From positions 1-64,000 of the forward strand of contig JBHGAY010000019.1 in NCBI GenBank assembly GCA_041946735.1: a DNA stretch of 64,000 bases, in the 5' to 3' direction. The DNA is from Candidatus Eiseniibacteriota bacterium. GTDB lineage: Bacteria > Eisenbacteria > RBG-16-71-46 > CAIMUX01 > VGJL01. The translations under genes and the position numbers were made by a program. The notes beneath the pieces were generated by a model, which was not told the origin of the DNA, did not search any database, and saw only the letters and a program-made list of their open reading frames with translations. Positions 27,839 through 38,011 of the stretch are shown piece by piece; within the stretch, counting starts at the first letter, position 1; each line of letters begins with the position of its first letter.

Positions 27839-30800
27839 TCAGTAATCGGTGCGCCAGGTCAGGTTCGCGCCCGACTGATCCTCGCGTCGCGTCATCGTCT
27901 CGAGCCGGAAGCCGGCGCCGATCCAGTACTCGACGGAGACGGAGTAACCCTCCTCGCGCTGGAGGTCCTGCTCGTAGGTGACGAGCAGCCGCGGATTGAG
28001 ATACTTGCCGACGGTGACCGACCTCCCGCCAAGCGAATCGCCCGCCGAGCGCTCGAACTGCAGCACGTCGATCCCCAACTCGCGCGACAGGCGGGACGTC
28101 AGCCGGTCGGCGGCGTACTGCTCCGCCGTCGCCATCACCCGGTCCTCGAGCCGCTGGTTCTGCGCATTGCTGAGCTGATCGACCGGGCGCCCGAAGAGGA
28201 GCATCGCCATGATGTCCGCCTCCGACATCGGCGGATCGGAGCTCATCGCGAGGTTCGGCTGCTTCAACGTCCCCGTCAGCCTCACCGTGATCGCAACGTC
28301 CCCCACCCGCTTGCCGAGCGTCAGATCGAGCGAGGGATTCAGCTCCGGGCTGCCGTAGAACGTCACCGTCCCGCTCTCGATGTCGAGGCTTCGTCCCTGG
28401 AACTCCATCGTTCCGCGCTCGGCCCTCATCGTCCCCAGAAGGATCGGGATCCCGTTGCGCTGCGTCACCTGGATGTCGCCGGTCAGCTCGACGTCGAGCC
28501 CGTGCCCCTTCAGTCGCACGCCGGACGGAATCCGCAGGTGGACCTCGATCGTCGCCCGCTTCATGATCTCGCTCCCCCCCTCGGCCTCTCCCGCGGCCAC
28601 CGCCCGATTGCGCGCCGAGGCCGAGTCGAGCTGCGCGAACACCGGCACCGCCGCGATCGCTCCCGTCTGCTCGGAGCGGAGCGCGCGCACGTCCTTCGCG
28701 ACCGTCGGCGCCTGCGCCATGTCGGGTCTCACCTCGACCGTCTTGCCTCCCTCCCACAGCAAGGCCTCGCCCTGCGCCGGGTAGAGGTTCTCCGGCGTCT
28801 CGGGGATCTGGATCGTCCCGTTGTCGACCGTCACGTTTCCGCGGACCTCCGGCGCCTGGACGCGCCCCGCGATATAGACGGTCCCGTGTAACGTTGCGCG
28901 GGTGCCGTCGGGCAGCAGGACCCGCAGATCGGGGATCGTCATCGACCCGTCGAGGTTCGGGTCCTTCGCCTCCCCGGTCGCCTCGACGTGGAGGCGCGCC
29001 GAACCGTCCAGCCGCTCGACCTGCGGGATCAGCGGCGTCAGGTCGCCGAGCGGGAGGCCGGGGGCATCGAGCGACGCCCGCATTCCCTCCCCCGCGACCG
29101 GCTGCGCCGAGGCGGGAACGAGCGAGACGACGACCGGATACTCCGCCTCGCCGTGCAGCAGCTCCCGATCCCCACGCACCGCCGCGAGCAGCGCGTGGAA
29201 CCCGTGGCGATCCCCCGCCTGCTCGGTGATCCGGCCGTAGAGCGGGCGTTCCGCGAGATCCGGAGGGAAGGACGGAGGGGCCGTCCCCTGCCGCAGGATC
29301 GCCTCGAAGCGAACCTCGGTATCGCGCAGCTCCCGGTACTGCGGGAAGAGAATGCGGCCGCCGAGGTAGGCATCGGGAGCGCCCGAGGTGCCGGTGACCA
29401 CGGCCCGGCCGTCGAGCTTCGGCGTGCGCTCGACCGGCGACCTGTCGAGGTAGCCTGCGATCCCGCCGCCTCCCGCCGCCTCCGGCGGCAGCGGAAAGCC
29501 GCTGAGTCTGCCGTCGACCGAGAAGACCCCCGGCTCTCGAACGAGCCGGAGCGCTCGAAGGTCGACGTGCGCTGGAAGCAGCGCCTTCGCCGCGACGAGG
29601 CTGTCGCCGTTGGAGGCGACCAGGGCGAGCACGGCGTCCACGCGGTCGGGCTGCCCATCGAGGGCGAGAGATGCCTCGAGATCCTTGCGGTCTCCGATCT
29701 GCAGCCCCGTGGCCCGCAGTCGCGCGACGGTGCTGTCGGCCGTCGACGCATGGACGCGCGCGGTCAGCTCCGCCGGCCAGATCCCCGCAGGGACGGCGGC
29801 CGCCCATGCGGGAGCCTCGGGGAGCGTGAGGTCGGCGACCACGTCGGCGCGCACTCCTTCGGGGCCCTTGGTGAAGTCCGTGGAGAGCGAGCCGATCGAT
29901 CCCTCCATCCGGAGATTCTCGACGGCGAGCCCCGCCGGCGGGCCGCTCACGATACGGAACGGCTCGGTCGCGTGCAGATCGTCCCCATCGAAGGAGACAG
30001 CGAGGGTGTCGCCGGTCACGGTCGTCTGCTTCCCGGACCGCACCACGGCGGCGACCAGTCGGCCCGAGCCGTCCTCCCCCGCCGCCTGCACGCGCAGGCT
30101 CGCCGCGAGAGACGCGCCGGGCGGGCGGGCGATCGGGCGGTAGTCGACGCGGATCGAATCGAGCGAGGAGGAGCCGATGCGGATCGACTCGCGCGCGACG
30201 AAGAGCGCTTCGGTGGGGCCGTCCCGCGTGACCGCCGCCTCCCCGCGAAAGTCCGGCAGGGCGAGCGGCGGACTCCAGAGAGAGCCGGCGTAGGAGAGCC
30301 GCGCGAGCGGCCGCTCCTTCGTCCCCGAGAGGCCGGCCGTGAGGGCGAGCGACAGCTCCGTCGACTCCGGGACCGAGGCGACGAAGCGGCGGACGAGCCT
30401 CGGGTCGTCGAGACGCGCCTCGAGCGAGCCGCGCAGCTCCTGCGCGCCGACCGCCCCCTCCCCGCCGATCCTCAGTCCCGGCATCGCCAAGGCCAGCGTG
30501 TCGACGATCGCCTCCGCTCCCCTCCCGCGCGCGCGCATCCCGGCGTCGAGCCACGAGGTGCGATCGAGGTCGACGAACGCGGTCCAGCTTCCGGCGCCGC
30601 CGCCTCCCGCGGAGGAGGGATCGAGCGCGAAGGCATAGCTTCCCTCGATCGGCCCCCACCCCTCGACGTTCGCCCCGGCCGGGAGCAGCGGGCGCGCGCC
30701 GGACGGGCCGGGGAGCAGGATCGTCCCGCGCGCATCGATCGCCATCCCGCCGGGTCGCTTGCGCAGGTCCGCCTGTCCCGCCACGCGGTAGCTGCGGTCC

Positions 30801-32587
30801 CAAAGCGCGACGAGCTGCGCCCGCGCGTCGGGCTTCGCCTCCAGCCGCCGGTAGAGGAAGGCCGGCAGGGAGGGCCACGCGACCTCGTAGCGAAACGTCC
30901 CGCCCGCGTCCATCGCGAAGGAGCCGTCGACGTCGATCGCGCCGAAGTCGCCCCCCACCTGCACGTGATCGACCGTCACGCGCCGCGCCTTCTTGTCGTA
31001 GACGAGCGTGCGGTCGCCTCGCATCGCCTCGAGGAGCGAGCGGCGCGCGGTCCCCGCCGCCGGAAGCTCGGCGCGCGCGGAGAGCCGGCCCACCGCTTCC
31101 ATCACCGTGGCCTCGGGCAGCGTGACGCGGATCGCCTCCTCGTCCTGCCGGGCGCGGCCGATCGCGTGCAGGACCAGATTCTCGTAGCGAGCGGCGAGCG
31201 CGAAATCGATCGGCTCGGTCACGTCCGTGCTCCCGCGCGCCTCGACGGAGACGGCCGGCAGCCGCACGCCGCCCTTGCGCACCGCGCCTTCGAGCCGCGC
31301 CTCGATCCGCTTCGTGCCGGGCAGCGTTGCCGCGCGCAGGTCGAAGACGAGGCTGTCCGGCCGGCTCTCGGGCGGCACGAAGGGCGCCATCCATGCCGTC
31401 CCGCTCGCGCGCGCCCGCACGTTGCCGCTCACTTCCGAGCCGCGAGCCGTCGCGGCGCCGGAGACGAACAGATCGCGCGCCTCGATCCGCAGCGTGTCGA
31501 CGGTGACCGATCCGGGCGCGAAGCTTCCGAGCGCGAAGCCGCCGGAGACCCAGTCGTTGCCGAGCAGATCGACCGAGAAGCGGCCGTTCGTCCCTCCCTC
31601 GAGACCGATCGTCGCGCGCCCGCGCGCCCGCAGCCCGTCGAGATGCGGCGCGCTGGCGAGCTTCTCCCCGATCGCCGGGATCTTCGCCAGGTCGCGCGTG
31701 CCGGGAGTGCGCAGCGCGAACTCGACGAAGACTTGCCGCAGCTCCTTCCCCTCGCGCACGAACCGCCCGCTCAGCTCGCATCCCTCCCCCTCGGGCGGCG
31801 CCGGCTCCCCCATCCTCCGGATCGACAGCGAGTAGTCGCCGTCGGCCTGCGTCGTCCCCGCGATCGTGAACGGCCACTCCGGACCGAGACGGCCCGCTCC
31901 CCGCGCGGCGAGCGAGCCGCCGTCCTCCGTCGTGTACAGGAGGCCGGCGTTCTCGAGCGCGACCCCGTCGGCCGGGATCTCCAACGCGAGGGGATCGATG
32001 CGGACGTCAGGGGACTTTCCGTGCAGGGCGGAGAGCTTCCCCCGCATCACGAACCGTTCCACGGACCGCTCGCCGCTGAGCACGATCCGCGGCGCGTCGA
32101 TCGCGAGGGTGTCCACGGCGATCGAGAGCAGCCCGGGGATCGAGCCGCCGCGGAAGAACCCCTGGCGCGCCTGCTGCACGACCGTCGTGTCGGCCTGCGG
32201 CTTTTTCGGGAACCGTTCGAGGATCGCGGGAAGATCGGCGCGCACGTCGCGCGCGAGCAGCCTCGAGAGCGACAGGTCGTGGCGAAGCAGCTTCAACGGC
32301 CGGACGGCGATCTGCAGCGTGTCGAACGAGGCGAGGGTGTCCCCTTCGTCGGTCCACACCGCGCCGGTGAAGCGAAACGCCAGCGGCCCGTGCCAACGCG
32401 CTTCCTCGAACGTCAGGTTTCCGGGAAGGATCTTCTCCACCCTCGCGAGTCCGGCGCCTAGCACCGAGCGGCGCGCGGCGGGAAGCAGGAGCACCAGCGG
32501 AACGAGCACGAGCAACCCGAGCGCCGTCGCGGCGATCGCGACCGGCACCGCGAGGATCGGGCGCAGGACGCGCCGGGTCGTGCCCAT
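27839..32587 (-). CDS. tamB: Translocation/assembly module TamB-domain protein
   Basis: N-terminal TM; C-terminal GLDVELTG, NPSLD, LTGTLKQP, SSDPPMSEADIMAMLLFG, VGKYLN and WRTDY. Confidence 0.88.
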   Translation of the reverse strand: MGTTRRVLRPILAVPVAIAATALGLLVLVPLVLLLPAARRSVLGAGLARVEKILPGNLTFEEARWHGPLAFRFTGAVWTDEGDTLASFDTLQIAVRPLKLLRHDLSLSRLLARDVRADLPAILERFPKKPQADTTVVQQARQGFFRGGSIPGLLSIAVDTLAIDAPRIVLSGERSVERFVMRGKLSALHGKSPDVRIDPLALEIPADGVALENAGLLYTTEDGGSLAARGAGRLGPEWPFTIAGTTQADGDYSLSIRRMGEPAPPEGEGCELSGRFVREGKELRQVFVEFALRTPGTRDLAKIPAIGEKLASAPHLDGLRARGRATIGLEGGTNGRFSVDLLGNDWVSGGFALGSFAPGSVTVDTLRIEARDLFVSGAATARGSEVSGNVRARASGTAWMAPFVPPESRPDSLVFDLRAATLPGTKRIEARLEGAVRKGGVRLPAVSVEARGSTDVTEPIDFALAARYENLVLHAIGRARQDEEAIRVTLPEATVMEAVGRLSARAELPAAGTARRSLLEAMRGDRTLVYDKKARRVTVDHVQVGGDFGAIDVDGSFAMDAGGTFRYEVAWPSLPAFLYRRLEAKPDARAQLVALWDRSYRVAGQADLRKRPGGMAIDARGTILLPGPSGARPLLPAGANVEGWGPIEGSYAFALDPSSAGGGGAGSWTAFVDLDRTSWLDAGMRARGRGAEAIVDTLALAMPGLRIGGEGAVGAQELRGSLEARLDDPRLVRRFVASVPESTELSLALTAGLSGTKERPLARLSYAGSLWSPPLALPDFRGEAAVTRDGPTEALFVARESIRIGSSSLDSIRVDYRPIARPPGASLAASLRVQAAGEDGSGRLVAAVVRSGKQTTVTGDTLAVSFDGDDLHATEPFRIVSGPPAGLAVENLRMEGSIGSLSTDFTKGPEGVRADVVADLTLPEAPAWAAAVPAGIWPAELTARVHASTADSTVARLRATGLQIGDRKDLEASLALDGQPDRVDAVLALVASNGDSLVAAKALLPAHVDLRALRLVREPGVFSVDGRLSGFPLPPEAAGGGGIAGYLDRSPVERTPKLDGRAVVTGTSGAPDAYLGGRILFPQYRELRDTEVRFEAILRQGTAPPSFPPDLAERPLYGRITEQAGDRHGFHALLAAVRGDRELLHGEAEYPVVVSLVPASAQPVAGEGMRASLDAPGLPLGDLTPLIPQVERLDGSARLHVEATGEAKDPNLDGSMTIPDLRVLLPDGTRATLHGTVYIAGRVQAPEVRGNVTVDNGTIQIPETPENLYPAQGEALLWEGGKTVEVRPDMAQAPTVAKDVRALRSEQTGAIAAVPVFAQLDSASARNRAVAAGEAEGGSEIMKRATIEVHLRIPSGVRLKGHGLDVELTGDIQVTQRNGIPILLGTMRAERGTMEFQGRSLDIESGTVTFYGSPELNPSLDLTLGKRVGDVAITVRLTGTLKQPNLAMSSDPPMSEADIMAMLLFGRPVDQLSNAQNQRLEDRVMATAEQYAADRLTSRLSRELGIDVLQFERSAGDSLGGRSVTVGKYLNPRLLVTYEQDLQREEGYSVSVEYWIGAGFRLETMTRREDQSGANLTWRTDY

Positions 32588-32603
32588 CGTGCCTCCCCTC
32601 TTC

Positions 32604-34544
32604 CTAGAAGACATGGCCGATCGACAAATGCGGGACGGCGTGGGGCTGCCCCGAGCGAAGTCCGCCGAGCGGAAATCCGACGTCGACGCGGATCGGCCCG
32701 ATCGGCGTCTGCACCATGATCCCCGGACCGACCGCGAAACGGAGGTCGCGCGGCCGCACCTTGTCGCGCCGCAACCAGACCTGTCCCCCGTCGACGAACA
32801 GCGCGCCGCCGAAGCGCCACCAGATCGGGAACCGCAGCTCGGTCGAGAACTCCGCCTTCACGGTCCCTCCGATGGGCGTCCCCTCGGAGTCGAGCGGACC
32901 GAGCATGCGTCGCTCGTAGCCACGCATCGAGCTCGTCCCGCCTGCGTAGAAGCGCTTGTTCGGGAGCAGCGCGGTCGCGTTGCGCATCGGCGCCGCATAG
33001 CCGATCAGCGCCCGGGATGCGAGCGTCCAGGTCTCGGTCACCGGCGTGTAGAGGATCCCCTGCGGCTCGAGGCGCGCGTAGTTCTCCGTCGTCTCGAACC
33101 CCGGCATTCCCAGCTCGAGAGGGGCGGAGAGGTACCGCCCGTCGTGCGGCGACAGACGGTTGTCGAGATCCTCCTGCGACCAGGTGAGGCTGAACGTGCC
33201 GAGGCTCGGGCCGGGATTCGCGAACGCCGCCGCCGAATCGGTCTTCGCGTCCAGCGTGTAGCTCGAGAGCGCCACCGCGCCGCGGAGTGTGCTCGTCACG
33301 GAGTAGAGGTAGAAGGCGGCCAGCTCCACCTCGCCCGTGTTCAGCACGTAGGTCTCCTCGTCCTCGCGTTGCCCGCGAAGGGTGATCGAGCCGTAGGTGC
33401 GCGAGCGGAAGAGCGTCGGGCGCCAGACGGAGACCGAGGCGTCCTGCAGGAACTGCGAGTAGCTGCCGTCGAGCGAGAGCCCGCGCCCCGCCCGGAACAG
33501 GTTGCGGTGCTTCCAGCTCGCGCTCGCCCGCACCTGATCCTCCGTCCAGTAGCCGATCGACGCCTCGATCGTGCGGTACGGTCTCTCGTCGAGGTCGGCG
33601 ACGACGTGCAGGCGCCTCTCCTGCGCCGCCTCGGTATAGATGTGGATCTTGCGGAAGAGGTCGAGCAGGCGCAGGTTCTGCTCCGCCCGATCGAGCGCCT
33701 TCGGCGAGTAGGTCGCGCCCTCCTCGATCGCGATCGCCCGCTTCGCCACCTCCTTCAGGTCATCCCCGACGCCGATCACCTCCGTGCTGCCGAAGGTGAA
33801 GACCGGACCCGCGTCGACGACGAAGACGACGACGACGTGCGTCGGATCCTGCCAGTCGAGGCGGGTCGTGATCTCCCCGAACGCGTGCCCCGCCTCTTTC
33901 AGCACCTGCGTCAGCTCGGCCAGCCGGCGATTGACCTCATCCTCGGTGAAGATCTCGCCTTCCTTCAGCTCGAGGATCTTCTTCGCCTTCGGCTCCAGCT
34001 CCTCCGGAAACGCCTCTGTGACGTTGTCGGCGACGCGCACCGCCGGTCCCGCATCGACCTGGATCGTGACGGCGAGCTTCTTCTCCTTCTCCCCGGGATG
34101 AAGCCGCGGCTCGACCTTCGAGCCCGGATAGCCGTTGCGGGCGAGGAACAGGCGCGTCCGGTCGAGATCGTCGGCGAGCTTCTCCGGCGTGAAGATCGGG
34201 TAGTCGGTCCAGAGGATCTTGCTCTTGCCCGCCAGCTCGAGCCCGTCCTTCAGGTCGCCGCGGAGATCCTTCGGCGCCCCGCGGATCTGGAAGTCGGAGA
34301 TCTCCCAGCCTCGGAAGCGGGAGGGATCGGGAGAGCGGCCGGCTTCCTCGTCGCCGGCCGCGCGCGCGGCGGGCGGCGGAAGGAGCCACGGGGCGAGCAG
34401 CAGAAGCAGCGGCAGCAGGAGCGGCAGCGGCGGGCGCCGCAGAAGGATCGACGGAAACGCCGGTCTGGCGGGCGCCGGACGGCTCCGCTCGGAAGCGATC
34501 GCCCCGAAGGCGCAACCGTACCGGATCTGCTCGCGCAGCCGCAT
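32604..34544 (-). CDS. tamA: TamA/BamA-family Omp85 protein (start uncertain, could be 34616)
   Basis: POTRA-like repeats; RFYAGGTSSMRGY, FVDGGQVW, TPIGPIRVD; terminal SIGHVF; directly upstream of tamB. Confidence 0.88.
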   Translation of the reverse strand: MRLREQIRYGCAFGAIASERSRPAPARPAFPSILLRRPPLPLLLPLLLLLAPWLLPPPAARAAGDEEAGRSPDPSRFRGWEISDFQIRGAPKDLRGDLKDGLELAGKSKILWTDYPIFTPEKLADDLDRTRLFLARNGYPGSKVEPRLHPGEKEKKLAVTIQVDAGPAVRVADNVTEAFPEELEPKAKKILELKEGEIFTEDEVNRRLAELTQVLKEAGHAFGEITTRLDWQDPTHVVVVFVVDAGPVFTFGSTEVIGVGDDLKEVAKRAIAIEEGATYSPKALDRAEQNLRLLDLFRKIHIYTEAAQERRLHVVADLDERPYRTIEASIGYWTEDQVRASASWKHRNLFRAGRGLSLDGSYSQFLQDASVSVWRPTLFRSRTYGSITLRGQREDEETYVLNTGEVELAAFYLYSVTSTLRGAVALSSYTLDAKTDSAAAFANPGPSLGTFSLTWSQEDLDNRLSPHDGRYLSAPLELGMPGFETTENYARLEPQGILYTPVTETWTLASRALIGYAAPMRNATALLPNKRFYAGGTSSMRGYERRMLGPLDSEGTPIGGTVKAEFSTELRFPIWWRFGGALFVDGGQVWLRRDKVRPRDLRFAVGPGIMVQTPIGPIRVDVGFPLGGLRSGQPHAVPHLSIGHVF

Positions 34545-34649
34545 GTCCCGAAGCCTACCAGACGGTCGCTTCCCGATCCCCCGCGCCGGCGGTTCGCACC
34601 GTGACTTCCCGTTCATCGCGCCGGTGTGTGGCCCCGGCGCAGCGGAACG

Positions 34650-36515
34650 TCAGCGGAGCCGCACGAGACGGACCTTCGTTCCCGCGGCGACGACGGAGTA
34701 GACGCCGGCCGGCACGGGCCGCCCATCGGCGCCGGCGCCGTCCCACACGAGGACCGAGGGGCCTTGGCCCTCGCCGGCTGCCGGCGGCCGCGGCGCCGCA
34801 AGCTCGCGCACGAGACGGCCGGCCACGTCGACGATCCGCACGGTCGCGGCGCCCGGCTCCGCCCCGGCCGCGAGGGCGCTTGTCAGGACGATCCGCACGG
34901 CGCCGCCCGGCGAGGGGTTGGGCGCGATCCACGCGACCCGCGCCGCCCCGGCCATCCCCGCTTCCGGGAGCGCGGCGGCGACCGGCGGCAGGATCGTGAA
35001 GGCGCGCGGCGTGATCGTCTCGGCGATCTCCCCGTTCACGTCGACGCGCAGGCGCAGGCGCGCCTGGTCGGTCGCCGGGAGGACCGGGACGCGCCACTGA
35101 TAGCGCCCGCCGTCGGCGAGGCCTGCGGCGACCGGGATCCACGGCCCGCCCGCACCGTCGAGCGACAGGTCGATCGACACGCTCCCCTGCGCGCCGCCCG
35201 GGATGCTCGTGATCCAGTCGACGAACCGCACGGAGCCCGCGACGAAGCGCTCTCCGCCGCGCGGCGCTTCGGCGCGGATCGCGAGAGCGGCCGGCGCGGA
35301 TCCCTCGCGCAGCACGTGGAAGACGTTCTGCTCGCTCGGCCAGCTTCCCTCCTCGACGATGAGCGCGAGGTCGGGCCGTCCGTTGTGATCGACGTCGCCG
35401 CCGGCGCGCAGCGCCGTGAAGTTGCCGGGCGACGCGAACTGGCGGGAGTAGGCGAGCGTCCAGGCCGTCCCGCCGTTTCCGAGCCACACGCGCAGCAGCC
35501 CGTTGCCCAGCCCGATCACGTCGATCCATCCGTCGCCGTCCATGTCGCGCAACTGGGTCGCCGCGATCCCGCTGGCCGGCAGTCCGGCCGACGCGTTCGC
35601 CCATGCCCCGGGACCGTTCCAGAGCCACACCTGCAGGCTCGCGTCCGACGCTCGATAGGCGAGGTCGAGATCCCCGTCGTTGTCGACGTCGCCGAGCGAG
35701 GGGCCGGTGCGGTACGCTGCGCCGCCGGGGAGCCCGGCGTCCGCGTTGACGAATCCGCCCTGTTGATCATTCAGATAGACGGTCCCGTACTGCTGCGCAG
35801 CGACGAGATCCGGAAAGCCGTCGTTGTCGACGTCGCCGAAGAGGAAGTCCTGCGAGGAGTTCCCTCCGAGGAAACCCCACGTGTGCGTCCAGCTCCCGTC
35901 GCCGTCGTTCGCGTAGACGTGCAAGCCGGCGCAGCAGCCGAAGGAGACGGAGCCGACGTCGAGGTCGCCGTCATTGTCTATGTCGGCCAGGTCGGTCCCG
36001 AACATTCCCCAGTCTTCGCCCGCGGTCGCCAGGCCGTCGTCCCACGGCGTCCACGCGCGCCCCGTCCCGTCGCCGAGCGCGACCTCGAGGAGCTGGTCTC
36101 CCAGGTCGCCCGGCGCGTAGTCGTGATGCATCCCATAGGCTGCGTCGATGAGACCGTCGCCGTTCACGTCGCCCAGCGCGACGCCGCCGTAGCCGAACTG
36201 CCCCGTCTGGAAGCAGGACCAGCCGCCGAGCCCGTCGCCGAACCACACCATGATCCCGTGCTCGTCGGTGTTGACGTAGGGATTGCCGTGATCGCCGATC
36301 GAGACCAGGTCGAGGCGCCCATCGGCGTTCACGTCGCTGAACTCGACCTCCGTGCGCCCCGCCTCGAGCTCAGGCGGGGTCAGCCCCGTGGACGATTCGA
36401 CGTATTGGAGATCGGCAAAGGCGGCGGGCGCGGGGGCGGCGAGCAGGAAGACGAGGACCAGGGCGGAGCGGAGCGGCACGGCGTGAAGCAGCGCGGCGAA
36501 GCGGCGATGGATCAT
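34650..36515 (-). CDS. Secreted FG-GAP/VCBS repeat protein with FlgD-Ig/T9SS-like C-terminal domain
   Basis: About seven D-[VIM]-[ND]-x-D-G-x-x-D repeats; PRGGE Ig-like module; tail PNP...VDVAGRLVR...WDG...PAGVY. Confidence 0.85.
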   Translation of the reverse strand: MIHRRFAALLHAVPLRSALVLVFLLAAPAPAAFADLQYVESSTGLTPPELEAGRTEVEFSDVNADGRLDLVSIGDHGNPYVNTDEHGIMVWFGDGLGGWSCFQTGQFGYGGVALGDVNGDGLIDAAYGMHHDYAPGDLGDQLLEVALGDGTGRAWTPWDDGLATAGEDWGMFGTDLADIDNDGDLDVGSVSFGCCAGLHVYANDGDGSWTHTWGFLGGNSSQDFLFGDVDNDGFPDLVAAQQYGTVYLNDQQGGFVNADAGLPGGAAYRTGPSLGDVDNDGDLDLAYRASDASLQVWLWNGPGAWANASAGLPASGIAATQLRDMDGDGWIDVIGLGNGLLRVWLGNGGTAWTLAYSRQFASPGNFTALRAGGDVDHNGRPDLALIVEEGSWPSEQNVFHVLREGSAPAALAIRAEAPRGGERFVAGSVRFVDWITSIPGGAQGSVSIDLSLDGAGGPWIPVAAGLADGGRYQWRVPVLPATDQARLRLRVDVNGEIAETITPRAFTILPPVAAALPEAGMAGAARVAWIAPNPSPGGAVRIVLTSALAAGAEPGAATVRIVDVAGRLVRELAAPRPPAAGEGQGPSVLVWDGAGADGRPVPAGVYSVVAAGTKVRLVRLR

Positions 36516-36611
36516 GGGGAACCTCCATTCGAAGCCGGGACGATTCTACCACGCGGCGGGCGGTCCGCGGCTGCCGCTACCTCGAGGCGCGCGGGCGGCG
36601 CGGACGCGATG

Positions 36612-37229
36612 TCAGTCGAACGAGAGGGTGAGCGAGGCGCCGACCGTCCGGCCTCCGTCGCGCACGAAGGGAACGGCGCGAAGCTCGCCGTGATTGCGCA
36701 GGGAGCGATTGTGGTCGCCGACGACGCCCGGCAGGCGCGCCATGTCGTAGATGCCGTCGATCAGGACGAGGGCGCACCCGCCCGCGGCGACGCCGAGGGT
36801 CGTTTCCACGCCGGAGAAGTCCAGGAAGCCTCCATGCGGCTGGTTCGCGGAGACCAGCGCCGTGATCACGGTCGCGCCCGCGGCGATGCCGAAGCGGATC
36901 GCGATCCCGGTAGCGCCGCGCGACCCCTCCTGCGCATACACATAGCCGCCGGATGGACCGAGGATCAGCCCGGAGCCGAAGAGAACCCCGCCGTAGGGCC
37001 ACGCATCCTCTTCCGCGGCGGCGATCGCCAAGCCGCCGACCATCGGGAGCAACGTCGCGGAGACCGAGGTCAGCACGGCCGTCGTTGGGCTCCTCGGCGT
37101 TCGGAGGACTTCCTCCTTCTTGGCCGACCAGGACGCCGCTCCGGCGGCGTTTGCGAGCGCCCCGAGGATCAACACGCCGCTTGCGATTCTCGACGCCGGG
37201 ATGCTCCAGGAGTGAGCGCCGGGCTTCAT
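36612..37229 (-). CDS. Hypothetical membrane protein
   Basis: Signal-like N-terminus, several Gly-rich hydrophobic segments, terminal beta-strand GASLTLSFD; GGAGG RBS. Confidence 0.65.
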   Translation of the reverse strand: MKPGAHSWSIPASRIASGVLILGALANAAGAASWSAKKEEVLRTPRSPTTAVLTSVSATLLPMVGGLAIAAAEEDAWPYGGVLFGSGLILGPSGGYVYAQEGSRGATGIAIRFGIAAGATVITALVSANQPHGGFLDFSGVETTLGVAAGGCALVLIDGIYDMARLPGVVGDHNRSLRNHGELRAVPFVRDGGRTVGASLTLSFD

Positions 37230-37352
37230 GACCGCCTCCTCGGGATCGCCGCGGACCCCGAGGCCGCATAAGAACCAGGAGCATGCCGGTCCCTAAGTGA
37301 CCTCAGACTCGCGAGGAGCGGCGCCGCGGGCGCACGAAGCGTATCCGCGCGG

Positions 37353-37955
37353 TCACGGAGCTGTATCGAGCGCGCCACGGACACCGCGGGCCGCGCGGAC
37401 GACGCGGAACGTGATCGAGTAGCGGAGGGACTTCACGGCGGGGATCGTGTGCTGCCAGCTCCAGCGCGCCGGCCCCGACAGCGCGTACAGCGATCGAGGC
37501 GCGATCGGCAGCGCGTAGACGACGCCCCCGCCCTCCTTCGCGCGCCGCTGCCGCAAGCGCATCACGCAGGGCGCGAGCAGCGAGACGCCGGCGACCGGCT
37601 CGCCGAATCCCGGCGCGTCCCGGTGCCACCCGATCCCCGCGCCTGCCGGGTAGCGTGTGACCAGCACCTCCCCGAACTCCGCGCCATCGACGCCCGACTC
37701 GCGGGCGGCGCGATCGCGCAGCGGGCGCAGGAACTCCGGAATCGGCTCGGCCGGCGTGATCGACCAGGACTCGTAGGCGTACGACCATCCGAAGTGCGCG
37801 GTCGTGCGTTTCGCCGCCACCCCCTTCATCCGCACTTCCGCGAACGGGAGCGATTCGACGAGGGGCAGAAGCGCCGCCTCCTCCTCGATCGAGAGGAAGT
37901 CGGGAACGTAGCGAAGCCCGTCAGGGGGCGTCTCGGTCCGGATCCAGCGCGGCAT
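37353..37955 (-). CDS. AlkB-family 2OG-Fe(II) dioxygenase
   Basis: YVPDFLS, YPAGAGIGWHRD, WQHTI and RYSITFR (HxD...H...R-x5-R). Confidence 0.92.
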   Translation of the reverse strand: MPRWIRTETPPDGLRYVPDFLSIEEEAALLPLVESLPFAEVRMKGVAAKRTTAHFGWSYAYESWSITPAEPIPEFLRPLRDRAARESGVDGAEFGEVLVTRYPAGAGIGWHRDAPGFGEPVAGVSLLAPCVMRLRQRRAKEGGGVVYALPIAPRSLYALSGPARWSWQHTIPAVKSLRYSITFRVVRAARGVRGALDTAP

Positions 37956-38011
37956 CGTGGCCCGAGCGTAGCAGCCGTGACCGCCGATGCCGCGCGTCGC
38001 CGAAGCTGTCG

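Noticed and set aside
27294..32461. Very long alternative ORFs (1527 aa minus, 1157 aa plus) over tamB
   Set aside because: Arg/Ala/Gly-rich shadow frames typical of high-GC DNA, with no recognisable motifs.
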